Shown here in pieces: positions 10,191-20,707 of a stretch of 64,000 bases of DNA. The position numbers were made by a program, and so were the translations under genes. Numbering within the stretch: position 1 is the first letter of the stretch; every line of letters starts with the position of its first letter. The DNA is from an uncultured virus (IMG/VR IMGVR_UViG_3300026191_000001) (lineage: Duplodnaviria; Heunggongvirae; Uroviricota; Caudoviricetes). Location: the IMG/VR virus record IMGVR_UViG_3300026191_000001, positions 1-64,000 of that record; one strand, 5' to 3'. Below the pieces are notes generated by a model, which saw only the letters and a list, made by a program, of their open reading frames with translations, was not told the origin of the DNA and ran no database searches.

Positions 10191-10679
10191 TTATGGTTTC
10201 ATAAAAACTAAAAAGTGAGTTAATCCTGAACGGCCTGAAACTTGCCCAAATAGTGGTTTAACTGGACATAGAGGAAGTATCTCTTTGAGTTTTATTTGAG
10301 TTTCATTCCATTTGAAAACAAGTGTTCCCCCAGGTTTCAAAACTCTTAAGCACTCATTGAATCCTTTGTTCAAATCTTCTCTCCAATCATTACCTAATTT
10401 ACCATATTTTGCGGCAAGCCAACTTTTAGGACCTGCTCTCTCTAAATGAGGTGGGTCGAAAGCTACAATGTTGAAAGTGTTATCAGCAAAAGGAAGTTCT
10501 CTAAAATCCATTAAAGTGTCGGGTTCAATTTTTATAGTTCGAGTCCCATCCGATTTATGCGTTCTATCTGTAACAGTTATAGTCTCGTTTCTAATATCAC
10601 CATATACTGCAGAGGGGTGAGCTTTATCCAACCACCACATTCGAGACCCTGAACAAGGGTCTAAAACTGTTTTTTGCAT
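10191..10679 (-). CDS. SAM-dependent (probably DNA amino) methyltransferase
   Basis: LDPCSGS, FDPPH, RVLKPGGTL. Confidence 0.85.
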   Translation of the reverse strand: MQKTVLDPCSGSRMWWLDKAHPSAVYGDIRNETITVTDRTHKSDGTRTIKIEPDTLMDFRELPFADNTFNIVAFDPPHLERAGPKSWLAAKYGKLGNDWREDLNKGFNECLRVLKPGGTLVFKWNETQIKLKEILPLCPVKPLFGQVSGRSGLTHFLVFMKP

Positions 10680-10689
10680 CGTCAATTTC

Positions 10690-11064
10690 CTAAATAATAA
10701 TTGAGGGGACTTGGCCCTCAGTAAAGTTAACTCTAATTTTCCAGTTTAAATCTGGGCTAAAATACGGCCAGTATTCGAGTACAAATCTTTTAATATCTGG
10801 ATAGACACCAACAGCGTGTCCCAGCACAGCAAAGCATAAAACTCGGTAAGCCGCATTAGGGTTCCTAAGTTCATTGAAGTCCTCAAACTCTTCGGATTCT
10901 TCATCTGGTTCCCAAGGTTGAACAATTCGGGGTAAAAAGTTCTGGTCTGTTATATGTCCTCTTCGCCACAACAAAACCAGCTTTGCCAGCCTAGCATTCC
11001 TCCAAATTAAAGTATTAATTTCAGTTTCAGCGTGTAAGGCCCATCCACAAGTAACCTCAAGCAT
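10690..11064 (-). CDS. Hypothetical protein
   Basis: ORF within operon; GGAG before ATG 11064. Confidence 0.55.
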   Translation of the reverse strand: MLEVTCGWALHAETEINTLIWRNARLAKLVLLWRRGHITDQNFLPRIVQPWEPDEESEEFEDFNELRNPNAAYRVLCFAVLGHAVGVYPDIKRFVLEYWPYFSPDLNWKIRVNFTEGQVPSIII

Positions 11065-11068
11065 AGGT

Positions 11069-11476
11069 TTATCTCCACGTAAATTGAAACTGCGTGAGTT
11101 CTTCAAAACGCATAGACTTCTTAGGCCAGCTTAGAATTAGGGATGCTGGGACTTTAAACCAGCCATCAATACTTATGAAATGGAGGTAGAAGTAGTAGAG
11201 GCCCCCAGCTTTGGTTACCTTGGTTGCTTCGCGCCATTGACGTTTCTCAATTCGAGAGAAATCAAAGCGGGAACTTTCAGCAATACTTTTTACTTCCGCG
11301 TAGGCCGTTAAACCTTTTTCGGTAACAAGATAGTCTGAGGGTTTTGATGAAACGATACGTTTGCGAACGCGAGACTTGTTTACATCAGCATGATCTTCGA
11401 AGCGATATACATGAGCGCCCAGCGCTTTCATATTCTCTTCGAAGATATCTTCGGAGGGTTTACCAGTGTTTTGCAT
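11069..11476 (-). CDS. PD-(D/E)XK nuclease, Holliday junction resolvase-like
   Basis: GKPSE..PSDYLV..YAEVKS..Q motif. Confidence 0.75.
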   Translation of the reverse strand: MQNTGKPSEDIFEENMKALGAHVYRFEDHADVNKSRVRKRIVSSKPSDYLVTEKGLTAYAEVKSIAESSRFDFSRIEKRQWREATKVTKAGGLYYFYLHFISIDGWFKVPASLILSWPKKSMRFEELTQFQFTWR

Positions 11477-11501
11477 CGTCAATTTCCTAATTGTATAAAA
11501 C

Positions 11502-12008
11502 TTATTTTGTTTTATTTAGAGTTAATACTCTTTTAGGTTTATCACCTTTATCATCTGATGTTGACTGGCGTGTGCCGCGTCCCACTTTCTGATTTATGAT
11601 AATCCCTTGCTTCTTGTTCTTACGTCGAGAGCGTAAGTACATAGAATGTAGTTCAACCATTCTCTTACGAGCATGGTCTGCTTCGGATTCGGTTACTCTA
11701 CCGTCAGGCTTTCCCCAGAGGTTAAAGCGCTGGGCACCAGTACGAATACGATTGAGGTATTTTATAGAATTAACGTGAAAGCCTATCGCATCGTATAGTT
11801 CTCTTGAGCTGACTTTCTTAGGAGAAATAACCGCACGAAGTTGCTCATAAATATCCCTACTTAACGGTTTGTTAGTTAAGATTCGGAATTTATTTTTACG
11901 ACAATAGGTGACCACCCAAAGCCAGCAATGGATAGGTTTTTCAAATTGTAATTTTTTAGAATTATATTTAAGGCTTACACCTTCAATTCCAAAAGTGGCG
12001 TTATCCAT
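11502..12008 (-). CDS. ProQ/FinO-domain RNA-binding protein
   Basis: KPLSRDIYEQL..SSRELYDAIGFHVNSIKYL..GAQRFNLWGKPDGRVTESEADHA follows the FinO-domain pattern (PLxxGI..YL..GxxRxDLxG..G.V...A); basic C-terminal tail. Confidence 0.8.
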   Translation of the reverse strand: MDNATFGIEGVSLKYNSKKLQFEKPIHCWLWVVTYCRKNKFRILTNKPLSRDIYEQLRAVISPKKVSSRELYDAIGFHVNSIKYLNRIRTGAQRFNLWGKPDGRVTESEADHARKRMVELHSMYLRSRRKNKKQGIIINQKVGRGTRQSTSDDKGDKPKRVLTLNKTK

Positions 12009-12033
12009 GCTCAACTCGTCAATTCATATTTTA

Positions 12034-12056
12034 AAAAGGCTCCTAGTGGAGCCTTT
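12034..12056 (-). terminator. Intrinsic terminator
   Basis: Minus strand AAAGGCTCC-ACTA-GGAGCCTTTTT. Confidence 0.7.
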
Positions 12057-12102
12057 ATAATTATTATCTAAATTAATAGGTATTATGCTTAATAATACCG
12101 TG

Positions 12103-15100
12103 TTATGCAACGTTAGTAGTAGCGACAAACAATTTATTATTAAGTAAGCTGATAAGCCGGTTTTGAATTTCTGGATGTAATTTAGAAATATATGGATGTA
12201 ATTCAGAAACTTGCGGAGAACCTGCCAAAGCTTGGAATACATAGGCTTTCAAATTTCCTGGTACTTCTTCAAGACCTGTGAACATCGTACTGTGGGAAAG
12301 CTCTTTAGCCCTTCTCACATCCTCAACCCAGCGATTAAAACGCTCATCATCTAAATAATATTTATAAACTGAACTGACACCTACACGTTTCTTTTCTCTA
12401 CGATATTTCATACCAAACGAAGTAAGAACACGGCGAACAAACTCATGACGCTTCTTGTCGGTATCACATAAGGGCATGCGGATACCTTGAAGAATTTCTA
12501 AATCCCTCGCGTGGGCTAATAGAAAATCAAAAGCGCGGTCTTTTTCTAAATCCGTTATTTCTCGGCCATCGTAGGTGGGGATATCATTTAGAAATATCAC
12601 ACCCAAATGGTAGAAGAAGCCACGGCCCAAGCCTTGGTGATCTGCAAACGCCGTTTTATCTTTATCGTGTCGCTTAGTATCAAAGCGGTTAATCATATCT
12701 ATAAGAAACAGGTCGTCATTGTTAGCACCCAGCATCAAACCCTTGCGTCTACCATTGAGAGCCTGTGTTGACATAGTAACTACATCGTTCAGTTCATCCC
12801 CAGCCTCGAGGCCAAAGAGTCGCGCTTGACGTTTCTTAAGTAGCTGTCGTTGTTCCTCTGCGTTTTTCAAAGTCTGGTTATCTAAAATTTCAAATTCTTC
12901 GTCTGTTAACAGCTCAGTATCCCTAAGCTTTTGTTTTTCAACTTCTCGAATCTGATCTGTTAGTTCATCCATTAGCATTTTCAAATTGTAGCCTTCTTCA
13001 GAGGCCAGCGTATAAAGCGTGTTGATGTTGTAACCTTCATTTTCTAAAGCGTTTATCAAATTTTTAGAAAAGTGATTGAGTTTATTATTTTCAAAACTCT
13101 TGAGTTGGCCATACCAGTCCGACCAACCATGGTCATTTATTTTCAAACGTTCGGTTGCATAATCATATTCAGAAATAAACTGCACACTTAGTTTGTTATC
13201 TATGGTGTTACGATTTCCGTATATCTCTTTTTGAACGATTTCTAAAGGCGCGGTAGGGTAACGTCTCGCATTATCAAGGTACATAATATGGTAGTCGGTA
13301 CACTCACGAACGCGGCTCATATGCTGCAAACAATCCGAAGGTAAATTACCCGCCATCTTTGTGAAAAACGCGAACGTCTTTTTAAACTTCGCACCCATTT
13401 CAGTCGCATCGATTGAGTGGCCGGTACCCATAGAAGGTGAAGACATAAAAATATCATCGTCTTTTAAGTTGCCATTCAAATCACGAATAAAGGCTTGTAC
13501 ATCCGGTGTCTGAGAATTGTTACTCGTTATGGTGATAACACGACGACCATTAATCTCCGTCATGAAGTGTTCATGCTCTAGCTGACTATCCCCACCCATT
13601 TCCTCAATAATCGTGGCCGCTTTCTTAAGTACATCGACTTTAGAGTTTGAAGCGTAGAATAGGCCTGTAGTCTTGGCCTCACACATCAAAGCTTCTACGA
13701 ACGCTGAAGTATCCCCCTTACCATCCGTATCTTGGTACAGCGTCACTTGGCGCTGTTGTTCCTTTGCCGGACGGTACTTATTAACGATAACGTTAATCGT
13801 GCGGTCTTCAGGGAGGATACCAAATTGCGGGTCTCTCATTAGGTCCACGAACTCTTTGTTTAAGTCAGCATCCATACAGATAACGAACTTGGCCCCAGCG
13901 ATAATCTCACGTAAGACTTTTAAACATGCTGCCGGTTTATCAACGGTTGTCGCTTTAATCGCACGAACAAGCTGACAAACCTCATCCATGATCACAATGT
14001 CGTAGTTCTGGCCTTGTAGCTTGTATATCGAGTTAAGACAAATACCTAAGCGCTTCTGCATACGTAAGGAGTGCAACCGTTCGCTTTCGATTTCGTTATA
14101 GTCTGCAAGATTGAACTGCTTAGAGAGTGAGTTAACCAACGAGATTAGCTGGCTGATAGCGATAACTCGACCATCAAAATCCTGAACCTGTTTCTTAAGC
14201 ATGTAGGTCTTACCCGTACCTTTCTCACTTTTAACAAGTGTAATACCTGGGCGTAGTCTTAGCTCTGGTAGATAGCGCTGGTCTATTACCATCGCTTTAT
14301 TATCAAATTCTTCCAGTCGAGATTCGGTGGCCTCGGTCTTACTCATAAAGGTTTCAATAGACTCACGCAGCTCAAAGTTTCGTTCACCTTCTACAAACGA
14401 GTGAATCGTAGGATTGTAGTCACCATAGCGGCCAGCGTTAGCGTAGAACTTGGCTTTTGAATAACCTTTCTCAGGGCGTAGTGGGTCTTGTAACTGAGCG
14501 CCATCATAAAGCGTTGGATTTAAGAACGCTTCAAGCACACTGGTAATACGACCGTCTTCAAACTCAAGAACATCGGCAGGGTGAAGTATTTTGTTCTCAT
14601 GCGCTTTAACAATCTTCATGGCCTCGTCACGAGAAAGCGGCATCTGAGTGTAATGCGTGGTGTTCACCATTCGCTGAACTTTGATTTCTCTGAATTCAGA
14701 GACACGGTTTATAACGTCCTCAGATTGCTTTTCTAGCTCAACCACACGACGGAATTCTTTATCTTGTGTTGGGGTGTAGTCTTTAAGTAGTGTAGTTTTT
14801 AACGAGCGCTTACCTCTTCGGTTAATCTCACCTTTTGGTAACTTCTGGTAGAACGATTCTTTTAGTTTGATGAAGGCACCGGCTTCGAAACATAGACGTT
14901 CAGGCTGGAAAACCGAGGTATCAAAAATCGTTCTTGGTAGTCGTCCACCGCTAGCACTTACTTTAATGTGGCCTAACCCAGCCATCCAGCAGCGCTTCTC
15001 AAGCATTTTACCAAACCGAGCAATATCTTCCCCTTTATCAACGAGCATATAAATATGGAAGCCATCCGCGGGGCGAATTACTTTATTGGTTTCTTTGTCA

Positions 15101-15606
15101 AACAATGACGTTGAAGTACTGTAAGTTCTGATATAGTCCGTGTTGTTTAGTTCTAATTCTGGAACCGCACTATTCAGATGAGTTAGGAAATCTTCAGGAT
15201 TGGTGATTTTTAGCTTAGCGTGCTCGTCTTTATCATAATCGAATAGGATTAGACTTGGACCTTTTGTGATCATAGATTTCGAAGAACGTGTGCCATACAC
15301 ACCGGTTTCATCTACGTGCACTGGATATTCATAGCCACGGCGCTCAAACTCGTTACTGGTTAGGACCTCTACAAACTCGTGGTCCGTATCCATAACGCCA
15401 GGGGTAAAACACTGGTTAGGCTCTAGGCTTTTTATAAAATCGGGTAACTGTGAGAGTGTTAGCTGCACTCGTTTTGCTGTACCTGTCACCATCTTAGGTG
15501 CATCACTTACAATTTTACCATGCTCCATTCGTAGCTCTTTGGTGAGCACTCCGGTGGAGTTCGTAAAAAGTGTCAGGTAAAACGGTTGTTCTACTTGGTT
15601 AGCCAT
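12103..15606 (-). CDS. Replication protein: AEP-like primase N-terminus fused to origin-binding SF2 helicase (UL9/CyRepA1-like)
   Basis: FDYD and GFHIY primase-like motifs; KSEKGTGKT, IMDEVCQ, CMDADL, SPSMGTGHSID, QHMSRVR helicase motifs. Confidence 0.75.
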   Translation of the reverse strand: MANQVEQPFYLTLFTNSTGVLTKELRMEHGKIVSDAPKMVTGTAKRVQLTLSQLPDFIKSLEPNQCFTPGVMDTDHEFVEVLTSNEFERRGYEYPVHVDETGVYGTRSSKSMITKGPSLILFDYDKDEHAKLKITNPEDFLTHLNSAVPELELNNTDYIRTYSTSTSLFDKETNKVIRPADGFHIYMLVDKGEDIARFGKMLEKRCWMAGLGHIKVSASGGRLPRTIFDTSVFQPERLCFEAGAFIKLKESFYQKLPKGEINRRGKRSLKTTLLKDYTPTQDKEFRRVVELEKQSEDVINRVSEFREIKVQRMVNTTHYTQMPLSRDEAMKIVKAHENKILHPADVLEFEDGRITSVLEAFLNPTLYDGAQLQDPLRPEKGYSKAKFYANAGRYGDYNPTIHSFVEGERNFELRESIETFMSKTEATESRLEEFDNKAMVIDQRYLPELRLRPGITLVKSEKGTGKTYMLKKQVQDFDGRVIAISQLISLVNSLSKQFNLADYNEIESERLHSLRMQKRLGICLNSIYKLQGQNYDIVIMDEVCQLVRAIKATTVDKPAACLKVLREIIAGAKFVICMDADLNKEFVDLMRDPQFGILPEDRTINVIVNKYRPAKEQQRQVTLYQDTDGKGDTSAFVEALMCEAKTTGLFYASNSKVDVLKKAATIIEEMGGDSQLEHEHFMTEINGRRVITITSNNSQTPDVQAFIRDLNGNLKDDDIFMSSPSMGTGHSIDATEMGAKFKKTFAFFTKMAGNLPSDCLQHMSRVRECTDYHIMYLDNARRYPTAPLEIVQKEIYGNRNTIDNKLSVQFISEYDYATERLKINDHGWSDWYGQLKSFENNKLNHFSKNLINALENEGYNINTLYTLASEEGYNLKMLMDELTDQIREVEKQKLRDTELLTDEEFEILDNQTLKNAEEQRQLLKKRQARLFGLEAGDELNDVVTMSTQALNGRRKGLMLGANNDDLFLIDMINRFDTKRHDKDKTAFADHQGLGRGFFYHLGVIFLNDIPTYDGREITDLEKDRAFDFLLAHARDLEILQGIRMPLCDTDKKRHEFVRRVLTSFGMKYRREKKRVGVSSVYKYYLDDERFNRWVEDVRRAKELSHSTMFTGLEEVPGNLKAYVFQALAGSPQVSELHPYISKLHPEIQNRLISLLNNKLFVATTNVA

Positions 15607-15656
15607 CGTCAATTCAATCCAAATTGTAGCGGCCCTCTAAGTGAGAGCCGACTTCA

Positions 15657-16265
15657 TCAAAGTTTACTTAGGTCTGCAGGGGTGTAATCAACAGACTTAA
15701 GCACTTTGCCAGCAGCATAGCTTTTACCATCTTTATCGGTACTAGCTTCTTTGACCTTAACGGCCCATAGCGCGGTACCTTCATTTTTATTTTTATTGGT
15801 AAGTGTTACAGGTTTTGCTTCAACACTAACACCCAATGCGGTGTAGTGGTCGAGTGTCGCTTGCACGTTATCATCGTTACATAGCTTACTCATATTCGAG
15901 TGATGAACAATATCCCAGGCTTTTAGGATATCGAAGTTTATTTCTTCGGAAGCTGATAGAAGTGTTTCTACAACGTTGAGTTCACAAGGTTCTTGTTCGT
16001 CTAGAACGATATCGAACTGAACATATTTACCAAACAACACATAGAGGCTATCCACAATAGCATCTATTTTATCTACTCGGGTTTCTGCGCTGAAAAGCTC
16101 CCGCATTTCTTCGCGATATAAGTCGAAGTGTAGTTGATAGTCTTGTGCGCTATCGGGCACACCTATTGGCAAGTCAAAAGCGGTTCTGAAGTCATTAATA
16201 TCGCTGAAAAACTTTTTAAAGATTTCAGGCGTTAAAAAGTTATATTTAATACCGTAAAATATCAT
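15657..16265 (-). CDS. MazG-like/all-alpha NTP pyrophosphohydrolase
   Basis: EEMREL..DAIVDSLYV..VHHSNMSK..GKVLKS. Confidence 0.85.
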   Translation of the reverse strand: MIFYGIKYNFLTPEIFKKFFSDINDFRTAFDLPIGVPDSAQDYQLHFDLYREEMRELFSAETRVDKIDAIVDSLYVLFGKYVQFDIVLDEQEPCELNVVETLLSASEEINFDILKAWDIVHHSNMSKLCNDDNVQATLDHYTALGVSVEAKPVTLTNKNKNEGTALWAVKVKEASTDKDGKSYAAGKVLKSVDYTPADLSKL

Positions 16266-16354
16266 CGTCAATTTCCTTTAATTTTTAAGTATGAGACCAG
16301 TATTATAAAAAGTAATCAAGTGAGTTGCTGGCAAACTAACTGGGTTTTTATTAA

Positions 16355-16576
16355 TCAGATTAGTCTTCCTGAATCGTTTTTCTCAATGGTTGTAAGGTCG
16401 TTCTCCGGCTTTGGTTCTTGAAACGGTTCATAAGGTTCTGAACCTAGAGCCATTTTCTTAGATTTAGCGATTCGCTCTCGTATATAGCGGGGGATAATAT
16501 ATAGCGCTGTAATTAACAGCGCTACCCATAAACCCCAAACGTAAAACTCTAGTTCGGTATTCAAAATTCTCTCCAA
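16355..16576 (-). CDS. Small single-TM hypothetical protein
   Basis: One hydrophobic helix, overlapping operon gene. Confidence 0.55.
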   Translation of the reverse strand: MERILNTELEFYVWGLWVALLITALYIIPRYIRERIAKSKKMALGSEPYEPFQEPKPENDLTTIEKNDSGRLI

Positions 16577-17247
16577 GGTTCTGCGTCCGGCATATCAACT
16601 TCTTCCCACTGCGGGTCGTCAAACTCCAGTCCTAGTTCCTCAAACTCGGGTTCGTTAGCGGAAACCACGAATTCAGACATTATCTTGTGCACCAAATCAT
16701 AAGTTAGGTCACAATCAGCAACGGCGCGATGTAGCGTTCCTTTGGGCGTAATACCTTCTAGTGCTGCGGCATCTACAAGCTTAAAGCTGCGGTTGCGGCC
16801 ATGAAGGTGATTGTAGATACGCGCTCGTCTCGAGTACTCTGTCATAGCACAGAAGTACTCTTTAGCACCAAAGTAACCGTTACAGTTAATATTCCACGCC
16901 GCATTGGTTTGCACCAGCATTTGGATATCGAAGTTCGCGTTATAAATGATCACGGTCTTTCCCTTTACCGCTTCCATCAGCTTATAGCGAACTTCTGGCC
17001 AAGTGGGAGCCAAAGCACAAGTCTGAAGGCTAATACCGTGAACAGCTTGTGCTTTAGGGTCGATATCTCTAGTAGGGCGTACCAGCGTATCGAGTAATAC
17101 TTTTCCGGTTAGACCATCTTTTACCGCAATTTCTACGATTTGATGGCCATGGCCTATACCTGTCGTTTCAGTATCTAGCGTGCACCAGTGTTTTCCAAGT
17201 AGATACGAAAACGGAGCTGGTAAGTTATTTCCGGTTGCTGGGGCCAT
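16561..17247 (-). CDS. DEDDh 3'-5' exonuclease (DnaQ-like)
   Basis: LDTETTG, YNANFD, HRAVAD. Confidence 0.92.
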   Translation of the reverse strand: MAPATGNNLPAPFSYLLGKHWCTLDTETTGIGHGHQIVEIAVKDGLTGKVLLDTLVRPTRDIDPKAQAVHGISLQTCALAPTWPEVRYKLMEAVKGKTVIIYNANFDIQMLVQTNAAWNINCNGYFGAKEYFCAMTEYSRRARIYNHLHGRNRSFKLVDAAALEGITPKGTLHRAVADCDLTYDLVHKIMSEFVVSANEPEFEELGLEFDDPQWEEVDMPDAEPWREF

Positions 17248-17428
17248 GTGTTTCTCTCAGTAAAGGATGTTGCGGGTTTAGTTCCCGCAACGCATGTTCA
17301 AGTAATAAGGCCCGTTCTATCTGGCTACTTATTTGTGTGATAAGCCGAGACTTATCACACAAAGAACCACAACAGAATTCAGCCTCAGGAGTGTGCTGTA
17401 CTATCACCCCAGGAATATGCGAACTCAT
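17225..17428 (-). CDS. Hypothetical protein
   Basis: Coupled by ATGA overlap to the polymerase stop. Confidence 0.5.
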   Translation of the reverse strand: MSSHIPGVIVQHTPEAEFCCGSLCDKSRLITQISSQIERALLLEHALRELNPQHPLLRETHGPSNRK

Positions 17429-20301
17429 GCGGCCACCTCCACAGGAACTACAGGTTCGTGTCCCATAAGATAAGCAACAACATTATGTCGGTATTCCGTG
17501 GTGAGCTTAGTATCTTTCAGTTCCTTTGGAATATACCCTTCAAGCTCCGGTGCTTCGTCTAGTTCGACTTGACCGAACGGGGCCTTGGTTGGGTGATACG
17601 GCTCGAGCGTGCGACCAACTGAAACGGTACCATCTAGTTTCAGCCAGCTCACTAAGTCAGGGTGACTACACATCACTTCGAGTATGCGTTGACCAAAATC
17701 AACAGCTTGGTCCCATCGTACACTAAATACTAATTCATCGTGAATAGGCATTACGATATCTGCGTCCCATTTTGTATCTGGGGAATTAATCTCGTGCCAT
17801 AGTTTGAGCATCGAGCGCTTCGCTAACGTTGCACAACCACCTTGAATCTTAGCGTTTACCGCTTGGTTCCCAGCTCTACGTTGGATCTTCTTCGCGATAA
17901 ACGCGCCGAACTGTGATAACACCGGATCGTTATACGCATCCCACTTAGCCGTGAAGTGATAGAACCAATCGTTGGTACCTTCATACTTGTAACGTCTGTG
18001 GCCATCAAAGATATCAACGTAACCTTGTACTTCAATCTCGCGCTGAGTGTTTATTCTCCATTGTTCAGCAACAGGGAAGGTATCTCGGTAATTGTCGGTA
18101 CCAGCCCACATTTCATCCGACGTCCAACCTAGTTTATCTTGCACCGTCATTAGAGAGCCCGAGTACCAATAACCAAAGTTAGAAGGCTTACCCGCTGAAC
18201 CACGCCACCACTTAGCAACTTCGTAAGGCTCAAGCGCTGCGTTTTTAACTGGGTCAATAAGCACTCGAGAGTACTGCAGTTTGAACGCTTCTAATTCTTG
18301 GCCCTCAAGATTCTTCACGCTGGCCAACATCCCCGAAGTAAAATCAGGGTAGAAAACCTTGATTGCTGAGGTTGCCGCGCCTAAATGCAAATCATCATAA
18401 GGTATCTGGCCATAAGCCTTCTGGAAGTTAGGGTCTTTACTTAACTCCCCAATCAACACAAGTTCTACCTGAGACCAATCCACAGCCACCAACAAATGGT
18501 CGTCACGATGTGGTAAGAAGAACCCCCGAATATAGGTAGATTCACCACGTTTACTTAGCTGCATCGGGTTAGGGTTCTCAGCGGCCATCCGGCGCGTGTT
18601 AAGTCGCGAACTAATAATCGGGTACATACGGTCTGTCTCAGGGTCCGTAAGTAGCAAATAGTTCGTGATATACAACTTCATTCGCTGTTCTATCTGAGCC
18701 AGCTTATTAATTGCTGTTATTACTTGCTTAGCTGTCTCAGTCGGATACTGATCACAACACTGTTGCGCAAGAACTTGTAACGTTTCTTCCGGCAGCTCAG
18801 CTAACTGGCCATAGCGTTTCCATTCCTTAACCCAAAGCGCGGGGTCAGAGCCTAAACGTTCAGCAAACTCAATCAGCTTACCGCGTGCCTCGGCATCCGT
18901 TTTGATATCACCTTTGATATAAACGAACGGCAGATACAGTAAGTCGTGAAATAACGTGCGCTGTACCATGTAATGCGAGAAGTTACCGCGTAAGTCGAGT
19001 TCCTTCTTCTTGAGCTTGAACTTTTCTTCTTCCATCCAGGGTATTGAAACCGGTCCTGAGGTTAGCGTGGCAAAATCGAAGTCTTCAACGGGGGCGTCGT
19101 GTACTTCGTGGGCTAACATAAAGTCCGCATAACCATCTTTTAGAAACAATATCTTGTCACGATAGCGCTGGTACGAAATACCTTCCTTTCCAACATACCA
19201 TTTAGGTTGTTTCTGATAGAGACGCGGGGCAGGGGCCTCGGGGAACTCTAAGGTTTGAAGTAGTTCGCCTAACTCCTTAATCACTTCGATATAGTTAGCG
19301 CGTTCCGTTTCACGGCGGGAAAGAACCGCGTCTTTGTTAACACGCCAACCTTTTACCCAGCAATCCGAGTAAACGTAACACATTGGGTTTTCTTGCTCGA
19401 AGAACGTGCGTAACACTCCAGGATTCGTGTTCTGCATGAACTGGCAAAGCCAATCGTAAAGACGTACACACCAGTAAGCATCGTCCGCACCGTAGTGAAG
19501 GACTTCTTCACCAGTGAGTAACCCCATATGAGCTTTACCTTGAAGCGCATCTTTAAATGACGTCTGTTTGTAGCCAAAGATACGCTCTGTGATCTGCTTT
19601 AGGTTGTACCCATAGTTAATCGACTTCACATACCCATTGTAGCTATGGTCTGCCTTCGACTCTTTGGCCAATACCTTTTGCATAAGTTCTTGCTGAGCGG
19701 TATCTAACTTTCTAAAGTCTTGGACCCCCGCGAAGGTACGGCGTATTTGAGGGATAAGTTTCTTAATCCCTAATAGGTCCGACTGGCGGAAAATTTCAAT
19801 ATCATACTGGTCCGAATTATAGGCCGATACCGCCATTTGAAGCGTGTCTACGTAGTTCCAACCTAAGTCGATATCTAAGCTTTTAAAACACATCGTCCGC
19901 TCAAAAGGATAGTTATGAATTATCTTCAGCGGATGATCAGCCATATATTGAACAAAGCTACGTATAACCTCAGGCGCTATACGGTTCTCTTCGTCAGCGT
20001 GAGCGGCGTTTGCATAATAAACGGTAGTATCCCCTCGGATATACAGAGAAAAGCCGGTCACCGTTGTTCTATTGATATCAAAGACCAGCTTCTTAGGGTT
20101 GCGATAGTCCTCATCATCTTTATTTAACTTCATGAATTGGTTCAGGCCTTCATGCCTGTCAGCATCATGGGTTTCAATATCGAAACCCACAGGCTGTCCC
20201 ATCTGGTTAATTTTGGCTTTGATTTCCTCGAGAACATGGACATTACGAGCATCAACCAATTGCTCGACTAGTCCAGTTCTCTCGTTAATTTGCGAGTACA
20301 T
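17425..20301 (-). CDS. Family A DNA polymerase with 3'-5' exonuclease domain
   Basis: FDIET, HNYPFE, YGADD; motif A DWSQVEL, motif B GKPSNFGYWY, IQGGCA, motif C IHDEL. Confidence 0.93.
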   Translation of the reverse strand: MYSQINERTGLVEQLVDARNVHVLEEIKAKINQMGQPVGFDIETHDADRHEGLNQFMKLNKDDEDYRNPKKLVFDINRTTVTGFSLYIRGDTTVYYANAAHADEENRIAPEVIRSFVQYMADHPLKIIHNYPFERTMCFKSLDIDLGWNYVDTLQMAVSAYNSDQYDIEIFRQSDLLGIKKLIPQIRRTFAGVQDFRKLDTAQQELMQKVLAKESKADHSYNGYVKSINYGYNLKQITERIFGYKQTSFKDALQGKAHMGLLTGEEVLHYGADDAYWCVRLYDWLCQFMQNTNPGVLRTFFEQENPMCYVYSDCWVKGWRVNKDAVLSRRETERANYIEVIKELGELLQTLEFPEAPAPRLYQKQPKWYVGKEGISYQRYRDKILFLKDGYADFMLAHEVHDAPVEDFDFATLTSGPVSIPWMEEEKFKLKKKELDLRGNFSHYMVQRTLFHDLLYLPFVYIKGDIKTDAEARGKLIEFAERLGSDPALWVKEWKRYGQLAELPEETLQVLAQQCCDQYPTETAKQVITAINKLAQIEQRMKLYITNYLLLTDPETDRMYPIISSRLNTRRMAAENPNPMQLSKRGESTYIRGFFLPHRDDHLLVAVDWSQVELVLIGELSKDPNFQKAYGQIPYDDLHLGAATSAIKVFYPDFTSGMLASVKNLEGQELEAFKLQYSRVLIDPVKNAALEPYEVAKWWRGSAGKPSNFGYWYSGSLMTVQDKLGWTSDEMWAGTDNYRDTFPVAEQWRINTQREIEVQGYVDIFDGHRRYKYEGTNDWFYHFTAKWDAYNDPVLSQFGAFIAKKIQRRAGNQAVNAKIQGGCATLAKRSMLKLWHEINSPDTKWDADIVMPIHDELVFSVRWDQAVDFGQRILEVMCSHPDLVSWLKLDGTVSVGRTLEPYHPTKAPFGQVELDEAPELEGYIPKELKDTKLTTEYRHNVVAYLMGHEPVVPVEVAA

Positions 20302-20696
20302 TACTTCTGCTCGGGCTTTTCAGAAGGTAGGGCGGGTTCTTGAAACAACCTACCTAACTCAGCCATAACGCGCTGAACACCCCCTTCGTTATGTTTCGCA
20401 GCGAAGTATGCTTCTTTGAGAGGTAAAAGCTGTTTAGGGCTAAGATAGCCCAGCTTATACAACGCTTGGTTAATCCCCTCATCTTGTAAGAAAACGATTT
20501 TCTTCGCGACTGCATCAAACATCGAGTCTTGTCTAGGGAAGTCTACCGACTGCTCAATAATATCTTCGTTGAACGCAGTTTTAACATTTATGTCCGGCTT
20601 ATATTCGAAAGGCTTTTTTACGTGAGGCATAGGTGTGCCTGAACTTGCTTCTGGTAAAACTTCATCAACTTTTTGCATTGGTGGAACAAATGGCAT
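20301..20696 (-). CDS. Hypothetical protein
   Basis: Start motif GGAGATTGACGATG. Confidence 0.65.
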   Translation of the reverse strand: MPFVPPMQKVDEVLPEASSGTPMPHVKKPFEYKPDINVKTAFNEDIIEQSVDFPRQDSMFDAVAKKIVFLQDEGINQALYKLGYLSPKQLLPLKEAYFAAKHNEGGVQRVMAELGRLFQEPALPSEKPEQK

Positions 20697-20707
20697 CGTC
20701 AATCTCC

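Noticed and set aside
17425..20301. Modified-base (e.g. Z-genome) polymerase, suggested by motif A ELV instead of ELR and nearby MazG
   Set aside because: No PurZ or other base-modification pathway is visible in the window; catalytic residues are standard.
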